From the human T2T-CHM13v2.0 reference genome, Homo sapiens: a DNA stretch of 64,000 nucleotides. Below the pieces are notes generated by a model. It made no database searches. It was not told the DNA's origin and was given only the letters and a program-made list of their open reading frames with translations. Below, piece by piece: positions 15,765-31,751 of this stretch. The stretch lies in the NCBI RefSeq assembly GCF_009914755.1, contig NC_060938.1, one strand, 5' to 3'. How positions within the stretch are numbered: position 1 is the first letter of the stretch; every line of letters starts with the position of its first letter. The translations under genes were made by a program, and so were the position numbers.

Positions 15765-15990
15765 ACCTGCACTCATTGCACACACCGGCTGACGTGCAAG
15801 GGAGCCCCGTGGCTTCTCTGTGCCCTTGTCCGTCCGTGAAATTCTGGCTGAGGCTCTCCCAACACCTTCGGACGCTCTTTAGTCAAAGCCTGGAGAATAG
15901 TTACATCTCCTGGATGATCAGTTCAGAAATATGTCACAATGCCCCCTCCCTGTGGAGCCCAGAGAAGATTTGCATCATTTGGGTGATCAG
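15765..15990 (+). other. pLAM/DUX4 exon 3-like segment without poly(A) signal (equivalent present in all units)
   Basis: ACCTGC..GGCTGACGTGCAAGGGAGC..GTGAAATTCTGGCTGA..GTTACATCTCCTGGATGA..TAT-GTCACA-ATGCCCCCTCCCTGTGGA. Confidence 0.8.
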
Positions 15991-18900
15991 TGCAGAGATA
16001 TATCACAATGTCCCCTGTACAAAAAGCCTGGAAATGATTTACATCACCTAGGTGATCAGCGCACATGTATGTCAGAAATCCCCAGTAGGCTGAACATAGA
16101 CAAGGGTTACATCACTTAGGTGATCAGTGTAGAAGTATGTGACAATTCCCGTGTAGACAGAGCCTAGACAAGTGTTACATCACCTAGTGATCAGTGCAGG
16201 GAAAAGTCGTAAAGCGTCCTGAAGGTAGAGTGTAGACAAGTGTTTCCTCCCTGGGCAGATCAGTGCAGAGATATGTCACAAAACCCCTGTAAACAGAACC
16301 TTGACATGGGTTACATCACCTGCTTGATCAGTGGAAATGTATATCACAAAGGCCCCTGTAGGCAAAGCCAAGACAATCGTTAAATCACCTGGGTGAGCAG
16401 TAGAGAGATCTGTCACAATGCCCCTGTAGGCAGAGCTTAGACAAGTGTTACATCACCTGGGTGATCAGTGCAGAGATATGTCAAAACGCTCCTGTAGGCT
16501 GAACCTAGACAGGAGATACATCACCCGGGTGATCAGTGCAGAGATATGTGAGAATTCCCGTGTAGGCAGAGCCTAGACAAGTGTTACATCACCTAGGTTA
16601 TCAGTGCAGGTATAAGTCATAAAGCCTCCTGCAGGCAAAGCGTAGACAAGAGTTCCCTCCCCAGGGTGATCATTGCAGAGATGTGTCACAAAGCCCCTGT
16701 AGGCAGAGCCTAGACAAGAGTTTCTAGGTTGTTCAGTTCAGAGGTGTGTCACAGTGTCCATGTAGGCAGATCTAAGACAAGTGTTCATCACCTGGGTGAT
16801 CAGTGCAGAGATATGTACCAATGTCCCCAGTAGGCGGTGCCTAGACAAGAGTTGCATCACCTCAGAGATCAGTGCGTAGATATGTCACAAAGCCTTCTGT
16901 AGGCAAAGCCCATACAAGGCTTACATCACCTAGTTTATCAGTGAGGAGATATGTCCCAAAAATCCCTGTAGACAGAGCCTAGAAAAGAGTTACATCACCT
17001 GGGTGATCATTGCTGATATTTGACACAATGCTCCCATAGACAGAGCCTAGACAAGACTTCCATCACATGGGTGATCAGTGCAGAGAAATGTCACAAATCC
17101 CCCTCTAGGTAGACTATAGAGAAGGGTACCATCACCTGGGTGATCAGTGAGGGGATATTTCACAATGCCCCCTGTAGGCAGAGAGTGGACAAGAGTTACA
17201 TAATCTAGCTGATCTGTGCAGAGCTATGTCAAAACGCCCCTGTAGGCAGAGCCTAGATAAATGTTACATCACCTGGGTGATCAGTGCAGAGATACATCAC
17301 AGTACCCCGTGTTGATTGAGCCTCGACAAGAGTCCCATCACCTGGGTGATCAGTGCAGAGTAATGTCACAAAGTCCCTTTAGGCAGATCCTAGACAAGAG
17401 TTACATCACTTGGATGATCAGTGCAAAAATATGTCACAATGCCACTGTAGGCTGAGCCTAGACAAGGGTTATATGACCTAAGTGATCAGTGCAGAGATAC
17501 ATCTCAAAGTCCCTGTAGGCAAAGCCTTGACAAGAGGTACATCACCTGGGGGATCATTGCAGGGCTATGTCACAAAGCACCCTGTAGGCAGATACTAGAA
17601 AAGGGTTACATCACCTGGTTGATCAGTGCAGAGATATGTCACAACGCCACTGTAGGCAGAACCTAGACGAGAGTTCCATGACGTAGGTGATCTGTGCAGA
17701 GATACATCGCAAAGCCCCTGTAGGCAGAGCATTGACAAGAGGTATATCACCTGGGTGATCATTGCAGGGATATGTCACAAAGCAACTTGTAGGGAGATCC
17801 TAGAGTAGAGTTATATCACCTGGGTGATCAGTGCAGAGATATGTCACAAGTCCCCTGTAGGCAGAGCCTAGAAAAGAGTTATATCACCTGGGTGATCAGT
17901 GCAGTGATATGTCACAATTCCGTGTAGCCAGAGCCTAGATTAAAGTTACAGCACCTGGGAAATCAGTGCCGAGACATGTCACAATGTCCCCAGTAGGCAG
18001 AGAGCAGGCAAGAGTTGGATCAACTCGGGATCAGGGAAGAGATATGTCTCAATCCCCTTGTGGGCACAGCCTAGACAAGAGTTACATCACCTCGGTTAAC
18101 AGTGCAGGGATATGTCAAAATGCCCCTGTAGGCAGAGCCTACACAAGTGTTACATCACTTAGGTGATCAGTGCAGAAATATGTCACAAAGACCCTGTAGG
18201 CCGAGCCTAGAAAAGAGTTACATCTCCTGGGAGATCAGTGAAAAGATATGTCACAAAGCCCAATGTAGACAAATCCCAGAAAATTGTTACATCACCTGGG
18301 TGGTCAGTGGTGATATCTGTCCCAATTCCCCTTTAGGCGCAGCTTAGACAAACGTTACATCACATGAGTGAACAGTGCAGAGATATGTCACTATGCCCCC
18401 ATAGGCAGATCCAAGACAACAGTCCATCACCTGGGTGATCAGTGCAGAAATATGCCACAATGCCGCCACTAGGCAGATATAGACAAGAGTTACATCACCT
18501 GCTTGATCACTGCAGAGATATGTCACAATGCCCCTGTAGGCAGAGCCTAGACAAGGGTCCCATCACCTGGGTGATCAGTGCAGAGTTATGTCAAAAAGCC
18601 CCCTTTTGGCAGAGCCTAGACAAGGGTTACATCACCTGGGTGATCAGTGCAGAGATGTGTCACAAGCCCCCTGTAGCCAGAGCCTAGACAAGGGTTACAT
18701 CAGCTGTGTGATCAGTGCAGTGACATGTCACAGTGTCCCTGTAGCCATATCCTTGGCAAAAGTGACATCACCTGGGTGATCAGTGCAGAGATATGTCACA
18801 ATGTCTCCAGTAGGCAGAGCCTAGACAAGAGATGCATCACCGGGTGATCATTGTGGAGATATGTCAAAATGTCTCCAGTAGGCAGAGCCTAGACAAGAGT

Positions 18901-21253
18901 TACATCACCTGGGTGATCAGGACAGAGATATGTCACAATGCCCCCTATAAGCAGATCCCAGACAAGAGTTGCATCACCTCGGTGATCAGTGGAGAGATAT
19001 GTCTCAATGACCCCAGTCGGCGAAGCCTATACAAGAGTTACATCTTCTCCGTAATCGGTGCAGTGATATGTTAAAATGCTCCTGTAGGCAGAGCGTAGAC
19101 AAGAGTTACATCACCTGGGTGATCAGTGCAGAGATATCTCACAATACCCCCTGTAAGCAGAGCCTAGACAAGAGTTACATCACCTGGGTGATCAGGGCAG
19201 TGATATGTCATAAATCCCACTGAAGGGAAAGCCTAGACATGTTTTACATCACCACAGCGATCAGTGCAGAGATATGTCCCAATGTCCCTCTAGGCAGAGC
19301 TTAGAGAAGAGTCACATCTCCCGGGTGATCAGTGCAGAGATAAGTCACAATGCCCCCATAGGCAGAGCCTAGACAAGAGTTACATAACCCGGGTGATCCG
19401 TGCAGAGTGATGTCACAACACCCTCTGTAGGCAGAGACAACAAAAGAGTTACATCACCTGGGTGATCAGTACAGAGATTAGTCACAATGCCCCCTGTAGG
19501 CAGAGCATTGAGAAGAGTGGCATCACCTGGGTGATCAGTTCAGAGATATGTCACAATGTCCCCTGTAGGCAGAGCATAGAGAAGAGTTGCATCACCTGGG
19601 TGATCAGTGCAGAGATATGTCACAATGTCCCCTGTAGGCAAAGCCTAGGCAAGAGTTACATCACGTTTGTCGTCAGTTCAGGGATATGTGAACACGCCCC
19701 TGTAGGCAGAGCCTAGAAAACAGTTACATCACCTAGTTTATCAGTGCAGAGATATTTCACAATACCCCCTGTAGGCAGATCCTGGACAAGAGTTGAATCA
19801 CCTGGGTGATCAGTGCAGAGATACTTCACAGTGTCCCCTTTGGACAGAGGGTAGACAAGAGTTACATCACCTAGGTGATCAGTGCGGAGATTTGTCAAAA
19901 TTCCCTGTAGGCAGTGCTTTTAAAAGTGTTACATCACCTAAGTGATCAGTGCAGACATATGTCACAAAGCTCCTGTAGGCAGAACTTAGATGAGCTACAT
20001 CACCTGGGTGATCAGTGCAAAGGTATGTCTCAAAGCCCCCTGTAGGCAAAGCCTAGACAATAGTTACATCACTTGGGTGATCAGTGGCGAGATCTCTCAC
20101 AATTCCCCTGTAGGCAGAGTTTATACAACAGTTACATCACCTGGGTGATCAGTGCAGGGATATGTCATAATGCCGCCATAGGCAGCTCCAAGACAAGAGT
20201 CTGTCACCTGGGTGATCAGTGCAGAAATATGTCACAATGCCCCCTTAGGCAGAGCCTAGACAAAAGCCCCATCACCTGGATGATCAGTGCAGAGTTATGT
20301 CACAAAGTCTCTTTAGGCAGATCCTAGACAAGAGTTACATCTCTTGGATTATCTGTGCAGAGATATGTTTCAATCCCCCTGTGGGCACGGGCTAGACAAG
20401 TGTTACATTACCACGGCTACCAGTGCAATGATATGTCAAAATGCCGCTGTAGGCAGAGCCTACACAAGTGTTACATCACTTAGGTGATCAGTGCAGAGAT
20501 ATGTCACAATACCCCCTGTAAGCAAAGCCTAGACAAGAGTTATGTCACCTGGGTGATCAGTGCAGAGATATGTGAGAAGGCCCCCTTAAGCAGAGCCTAG
20601 ACAATAGTTACATCACCTGAGTGATCAGTGCAGAGGTCTGTCACAATGCCCCTTTAGGCAGAGCTTAGATCAGAGTTACATCACCTGGGTGATCAGTGCA
20701 GAGATATGTCACAATGCCCCCATAGGAAATCCAAGACAAGAGTCGGTCACCTGGGTGATCAGTGCAGAAATATGTGACAATGCCCCGAGTAGGCAGAGCC
20801 TAGAGAAGAGTCCCATCACCTGAGTGATCAGTGCAGAGATATTTCACAATGCCCCTGCAGGCAGAGCATATGCAAATGTTACATCACCTACATGATCAGT
20901 GCAGAGATATGTCACAAGGCCCCCTATAGGCAGAGCCTGGACAAGAGTTACATCACCTCAGTGATCAATGCAGCGATATGTCACTAGGTCCCGTAGGCAG
21001 AGCGTAGTGAAGCGTTACCTCACCTGTGTGATCAGTGCAGAGATATGTCACAATGCCCCCATACACAGAGCCTAGACAAGAGTCTCATCACCTGGGTGAT
21101 CAGTGCAGAAATATGTCACAATGCCCCCATAGGCAGATCCAAGACAAGAGTTACATCACCAGGGTGATCAGTGCAGAGATATGACACAAAGCCCCTGTAG
21201 GCAGAGCCTAGACAAGTGTTTCATCACTTTGTTGATCAGTTCAGAGATGTTTC
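15881..21253 (+). repeat. Beta satellite array (~79 monomers)
   Basis: 68-bp monomers. Confidence 0.95.
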
Positions 21254-21842
21254 ATGCTGACTGTTTGCTCCCGGAGCTCTGCGGGCACCCAGAAGCATGC
21301 AAGGAAGGGTGAAAGACCGACATGGTGCCTTCGCTGTCCTTGCAGTTTCCAAACCGGTCACACTGCAGACTTCCCATGTTGCCGCACAAGGGAATCCGTC
21401 ATCAGGCCATCACACCGGGGAGGCATCTTCTCTCTGGGGTCTCGCTCTGGTCTCCTACATGGAAATGAACGAGAGCCACAAGCCTGCGTGTGTGCGACTA
21501 TCCCGGCAACGGCGACACCCACAGGCACGGCCTTCTTCACAGAGAGGGGGCCTGGAACTCTCAAGACTCCCACGGAGGTTAAGTTCCAAACTCCCCTCCA
21601 CCGTCCCAGGTCGGTTTCTCCCTGCTGAAGATGCGTGGGAGCCCAGAGAGTGGCTTCCTGTTCCCGTGGTATTCTTGGAGAAGTCCAAAGAGCCAGCCCC
21701 CGAAACGCACCCCCCTCAGCCGTTCCCCCTCGCCCCCATCCTCTTCGTCTCTCAGGCCCCACCACCACCATCACCACGCCCTCCCCCCCCACCAAACCAC
21801 CCCCCAGCCGCAGGCTTCCTCGCCCTGGGACCCTTCCGGGGT

Positions 21843-23317
<1,475 letters not shown>

Positions 23318-24020
23318 GACGCGGGGTTGGGACTGGGTCGGGTCGGGGCAGGGCAGTGGCCTCTTTTGTGGGGAACAGCTGGCTGGCTATGGAGGTATGT
23401 GTCTTCCCTCTGACCCTCCACCGGGCTGACCGGCCTGGGATTCCTGCCTTCTAGGTCTAGGCCCAGTGAGAAACTCCACCCAGCGGAGAACTGCCATTCT
23501 TTCCTGGGCATCATGGGGATCCCAGAGCAGGCCGAGGTACCAGCATGTGGGCTGCTTATGGCTCATGAGCGTGTTTGCGGGCAGCAACCTGGGCCGTGGG
23601 AGCAGCCCGTGGAGAGCTCTCATGCCTTTCCACCACCCCACCCACGCCTGACCAACCCCTCCCCACCCCCACACACCACCCCAGGAAAATGCATCCTCCC
23701 CTGGGCTGGGTGTAGACCACTGTCCCGCGAAATACCGGGCCTGCACAGCGTCCTGGCCTGACACCCCTCTGGCGGCTAGCCTACTCTGCACCTCCGCGCC
23801 ACCGTGGCCTGCTCGTGCGTGCCCTGCAGCCTCCCAGCTGCCACCATGGAGTGCCTGGTGGCGGAACACAGACCTCTAGCTCTCTTTTCCGGCCTCCTGG
23901 CTAGACTTGCGCTCATTGCGCACCCCGGCTGATGTGCAAGGGAGCCTGCTGGCCTCTCTGTGCCCTTGTACAACCGTGAAATTCTGGCTGAGGCTCTCCC
24001 AACTCCTTCTGACGCTCTTT

Positions 24021-27000
24021 AGTCAGAGACTGGAGAATTGTTATATCTCCTGGATGATCGGATAAGAAATATGTCACAATGCCCCCTCCCTGTGGAGTCT
24101 AGAGAAGATTTGCATCATTTGGGTGATCAGTGCAGAGATATATCACAATGTCCCCTGTACAAAAAGCCTGGAAATGATTTACATCACCTCGGTGATCAGT
24201 GCATAGGTATGTCAGAAATCCCCAGTAGGCTGAACCTAGACAAGGGTTACATCACTTAGGTGATCAGTGTAGAGATATGTGAAAATTCCTATGTAGACAG
24301 AGCCTAGACAAGTGTTACATCACCTACTGATCCGTGCAGGGATAAGTCATAAAGCCTCCTGTAGGCAGAGTGTAGACAAGTGTTTCCTCCCTGGGGTGAT
24401 CAGTGAGGAGATATGTCACAAAGCCCCAGTAAGCAGAACCTTGACAAGGGTTACATCACCTGTTTGATCAGTGGAAATGTATATCACAAAGCCCCCTGTA
24501 GGAAAAGCCCAGACAATTGTTGCATCACCTGGGTGAGCAGTGGATAGATCTGTCTCAATGCCCCTGTAGGTAGAGCTTAGACAAGTGTTACATCACCTGG
24601 GTGATCAGTGCAGGGATATGTCAAAACCCTCCTGTAGGCTGAACCTAGACAGGAGTTACATCACCTGGGTGATCAGTGCAGAGATATCTGGGAATTCCCG
24701 TGTAGGCAGAGTCTGGACAAGTGTTACATCACCTAGGTTATCAGTGCAGGTATAAGTCATAAAGTCTCCTGTAGGCAGAGCATAGACAAGAGATCCCACC
24801 CCAGGGTGATCAGTGCAGAGATGTGTCACAAAGCCCCTGTAGGCAGAGCCTAGACAAGTGTTTCATCACTTAGTTGATCAGTTCACAGATGTGTCACAAT
24901 GTCCATGTAGGCAGATCTAAGCAAGAGTCCATCACCTGGGTGATCTGTGCAGAGATATGTACCAATGTCCCCTGTAGGCAGTGCCTAGACAAGAGTTGCA
25001 TCACCTCAGAGATCAGTGCATAGATATGTCACAAAGCCTTCTGTAGGCAAAGCCCATACAATGATTACATCACCTAGGTGATCAGTCCAGTGATATGTCA
25101 CAAAAATCCCTGTAGACAGATCCTAGAAAAGAGTTACATTACCTGGGTGATCAATGCAGATATTTGACACAGTACCCCCATAGAGAGAGCCTAGACAAGA
25201 CTTCCATCACCTGGTTGATCAGTGCAGAGATATGTCACAAATCCCCCTCTAGGCAGAGTATAGAGAAGAGTCCCATCTCCTGGATGATCAGTGCAGAGAT
25301 ATTTCACAATGTCCCCTGTAGTCAGAGAGTGGACAAGAGTTAAATAACATAGGTGATCTGTGCAGAGCAATGTCAAAACGCCCCTGTAGGCAGAGCTTAG
25401 GTAAATGTTACATCACCTGGGTGATCAGTGCAGAGATACGTCACAATACCCCCTGTAGGTGGAGCCTAGACAGCAGTTACATCACCTGGGTGTTCCCTAC
25501 AGAAATATGTCACAAAGCCCCTGTAGGCATAGCCTAAACAAGAGTTACATCTCCTGGGTGATCAGTGCAGAAATATGTCACAAAGCCCCTGTAGGCTGTG
25601 CCTAGAAAAGGGTTACATCTCCTGGGTGATCAGTGAAAAGATATGTCACAAAGCCCCCTGTAGACAAATCCCAGAAAATTGTTACATCACCTGGGTGATC
25701 AGTGGAGATATCTGACACAATTCCCCTTTTAGGTGCAGCTTAGGCAAGCGTTACATCACATGAGTGATCAGTGCAGAGATATGTCACTATGCCCCCATGG
25801 GTAGATCCAAGACAAGAGTACATCACCTGGGTGATAAGTGCAGAAGTAGGTCTCAATGCCGCCAGAAGGCAGATATAGACAAGAGTTTCATCACCTGCGT
25901 GATCACTGCAGAGATATGTCACAATGCCCCTGTAGGCAGAGCCTAGACAAGGGTCACTTCACCTGGTGATCAGTGAAGAGATGTGTCACAAGCCCCCTGT
26001 AGCCAGAGCCTAGACAAGTGTTACATCAGCTGGGTGATGAGTGCAGTGACATGTCACAGTGTCCCTGCAGCCATATCCTTGACAATACTGACATCACCTG
26101 GGTGATCAGTGCGGAGATATGTCACAATGTCTCCAGTAGGCAGAGCCTAGACAAGAGTTACATCACCTGGGTGATCAGGGCAGAGATATGCCACAATGCC
26201 CCCTGTATGCCGATCCCAGACAAGAGTTGCATCACCTCAGTGATCAGTGAAGAGATATGTGTCAATGCCCCTTGTCAGCGAAGCCTATACAAGAGTTACA
26301 TCATCTCAGTGATCAGTGCAGTGATATGTTAAAATGCCCCTGGAGGCAGAGCCTAGACAAGTTTTACATCACCTCAGTGATCACTGCAGAGATATGTCCC
26401 AATGTCTCTCAAGGCAGAACTTAGACAAGAGTAACATCTCCTGCGTGATCAGTGCAGAGATAAGTCACAAAGCCCCCATAGGCAGAGCCTAGATAAGAGT
26501 TACATAACCCGGGTGATCTGTGCAGAGTGATGTCACAAAGCCCTCTGTAGGCAGAGAATAGAAAAGAGTTACATCACCTGGGTGATCAGTGCAGAGATAT
26601 GTCACAATGTCCCCTGTAGGCAACGCCTAGGCAAGAGCCAAATCACCTTTTTCATCAGTTCAGGCATATGTCAAAACGCCCCTTTTGGCAGAGCCTAGAG
26701 AAGGGTTACATCGCCTTTGTCATCAGTTCAGGGATATGTAAAAACGCCCCTTTTGGCAGAGCCTAGACAAGAGTTACATCACCCAGTTGATCAGTGCAGA
26801 GATATTTCACAATAATCCCTGCAGGCAGATCCTAGACAAGAGTTGAATGACCTGGGTGATGAGTGCAGAGATATTTCACTATGCCCCCTTTCGGCAGAGG
26901 GTAGACAAGAGTTACATGACCTAGGTAATCAGTGCAGAGATTTGTCGAAATTCCCTGTAGGCAGTGCTTATAAAAGTGTTTCATCACCTAAGTGATCAGT

Positions 27001-28985
27001 GCAGAGATATGTCACAAAGCTCCTGTAGGCAGAACTTAGATGAATTACGTCACCTGGGTTATCAGGGCAAAGTTATGTCACAAAGCCCCCTGTAGGCAAA
27101 GCCTAGACAATAGTTACATCACTTGGGTGATCAGTAGCGAGATCTATCAGAATTCCCCTGTTGGCAGAGCTTATACAACAGTTACATCACCTGGGTGATC
27201 AGTGCAGAGATATGTCACAATGCCCCCATAGGCAGATCCAAGACAAGAGTCCGTCACCTGGGTGATCAGTGCAGAAATATGTCACAATGCCCCCTAAGGC
27301 AGAGCCTAGACAAAAGCCCAATCACCTGGATGATCAGTGCAGAGTTATGTCACAAAGTCCCTTTAGGCAGATCCTAGACAAGAGTTACATCACTTAGATG
27401 ATCAGTGCAGACATATGTCACAATGCCACTGTAGGCAGAGCCTAGACAAGTGTTACACGATGTAGGTTATCAGGGCAGAGATACCTCACAATGTCCCTGT
27501 AGGCAGAGCCTTGACAAGTGTTATATCATCTGGGTGATCATTGCAGTGATATGTCCCAAAGCACCCTTTAGGCAGATTCTAGAAAAGAGTTACATCACCT
27601 GGGTGATCAGTGCAGAGATATGTCACAATGCCACTGTAGGCAGAGCCTAGGCAAGAGTTACATGTCCCAGGTGATCAGTGAAGAGATACATCGCAATGCC
27701 CCTGTAGGCAGAGCCTTGACAAGTGGTGTATCACCTGGGTGATCATTGCAGGGATATGTCACAAAGCACACTGTTGGCAGATCGTAGAGAAGAGTTATAT
27801 CACCTGGGTGATCAGTGCAGAGATATGTCACAAGCCCCCTGTAGCCAGAGCCTAGAAAAGTGTTATATCACCTGGGTGATCAGTGCAGTGATATATCACA
27901 ATGCCATGTAGCCAGAGCCTAGACTAAAGTTACAGCACCTGGGAGATCAGTGCAGAGATATGTCACAATGTCCCCAGTAGGCAGAGACCAGGCAAGAGTT
28001 GGATCATCTCGGGATCAGTGCAGAGATATGTCTCAATCCCCCTGTGGGCACAGCGTAGACAAGAGTTACATCACCTTGGTTAACAGTGCAGAGATATGTC
28101 AAAATGTCCCTGTAGGCAGAGCCTACACAAGTGTTACATCACTTTGGTGATCAGTGCAGGGATATGTCACAATACCCCCTGTTAGCAGAGCCTAGACAAG
28201 AGTTACATCACCTGGGTGATGAGTGCAGAGATATGTGACAAGGCCCCTTTAAGCAGAGCCTAGACAATAGTTACATCACCTGAGTGATCAGTGCACAGAT
28301 CTGTCACAATTCCCCTTTAGGCAGAGCTTAGAGCAGAGTTATATCACCTGGGTGATCAGTGCAGAGATATGTCACAATGTCCCCGTAGGCAAATCCAAGA
28401 CAAGAGTCCGTCACCTGGGTGATCAATGCGGAAATATGTGACAATGCCCCCAGCAGGCAGAGCCTGGAGAAAAGTCGCATCACCCGGGTGATCAGTGCAG
28501 AGATATTTCAAAATGCCCCTGCAGGCAGAGCGTAAGCAAGAGTTGCATCACCTAGATAATCAGTGCAGAGATATGTCACAAGGCCCCCTATAGGCAGAGC
28601 CTGGACAAGAGTTACATCACCTCAGTGATCAATGCAGTGATATGTCACTATGCCCCGTAGGCAGAGTCTAGTCAAGCGTTACATCACATGGGTGATCAGT
28701 GCAGAGGTATGTCACAAAGCCCACATACACAGAGCGTAGACAAGTGTCCCATCACCTGGTTGATCAGTGAAGAAGTATGTCACAATGCCCCCATAGGCAG
28801 ATCCAACACAATAGTTACATCACCTGGGTGATCATTGTAGAGATATGTCACAATGCCCACATAGGCAGAGCCTGGAAAAAAGTCCCATCACCTGGGACAT
28901 CAGTGCAGAGATATGTCACAAAACCCCTGTAGGCAGAGCCTAGAGAAGAGTTACATCATTTTGTTGATCAGTTCAGAGATGTGTC
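24021..28985 (+). repeat. Beta satellite array (~73 monomers)
   Basis: 68-bp monomers. Confidence 0.95.
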
Positions 28986-29573
28986 ATGCTGACTCTTTAC
29001 TCCCGGAGCTCTGCGGGCACCCGGAAACATGCAGGGAAGGGTTGAAGACCGGCATGGTGCCTTCGCTCTCCTTACCAGTTTCCAAACTGGCCACACTGCA
29101 GATTCCCCATGTTGCCGCATACGGGAATCCATCGTCAGGCCATCACGCCGGGGAGGCATCTTCTCTCTGGGGTCTCACTCTGGTTTCCTACGTTGAAATG
29201 AACGAGAGCCACAAGAATGCGTGTGTGAGACCGTCCCGGCAACGGCGACACCCACAGGCACTGCCTCCTTCACGGAGAGAGGGCCTTGAACTCTCAAGAC
29301 TTCCACGGAAGTTATGTTCCACACTTCCCTGCACCCTCCCAGGCTGGTTTCTCCCTGCTGAAGACGTGTGGGAGCCCAGAGAGCGGCTTCCAGTTCCCGC
29401 GGTATTCCTGGATAGGTCCGGAGAGCCAGCCCCTGAAATGGACCCCCCTCACCCCTTCCCCTCGCCCCCTTCGTCTTCGTATTTCCGGCCCCACCACCGC
29501 CATCAGCACGCCCACCCCCCCACCCCAACAAGTACCGGCCGCAGGCCTCGACGTCCTGGGAACCTTCCTGGGT

Positions 29574-31048
<1,475 letters not shown>

Positions 31049-31751
31049 GACACGGGGTCGGGATGGGATAGGGTCTGAAAAGGGCGGTGGCCTCTATATT
31101 GCGGGGAACACCTGGCTGGCTATGGAGGGGCGTGTCTTCCCCCTGCTCCCTCCACCAGGCTGACCGGCCTGGGATTCCTGCCTTCTAGGTCTAGGCCCGG
31201 TGAGAGACTCCACTGAGTGGAGAATTGCCATTCTTTCCTCGGCATCCCGGGTACCCAGAGCCGGCCTAGGTACCAACAGGTGGGCCGCCTACTGCGCACA
31301 CGCGGGTTTGCAAGCAGCCGCCTGGGCTGTGGGAGCAGCACGGGCAGAGCTCTCATGCCTTTCCACCATCCCACCCCTGCCTGACCACCCCCTACCCACC
31401 CCCACACCCCCGCAGAAAATGCGTCATCCCCTGGGCTGGGGCGAGACCCTAGTCCCATGAAACAATGGGCCCGCGCAGTGTCCAGGCCTGACACCCTTCC
31501 CGAGTATCGCCTCCTCTGCGCCTCTGCGCCACCGTTCCCGGCCAGCCCGTGCCCCTGCAGCCTCCCAGCTGCCACCACAGAGCGCCTGGTGGCTGAACGC
31601 AGACCTCTAGCTCTCTTTGCTGGCATCCTGGCTAGACCTGCGCTCATTGCGCACCCCAGCTGACGTGCAAGGGAGCCTGCTGGCCTCTCTGTGCCCTTGT
31701 CCGTCCGTGAAATTCCGGCTGAGGCTCTCCCAACACCTTCTGATGCTCTTT

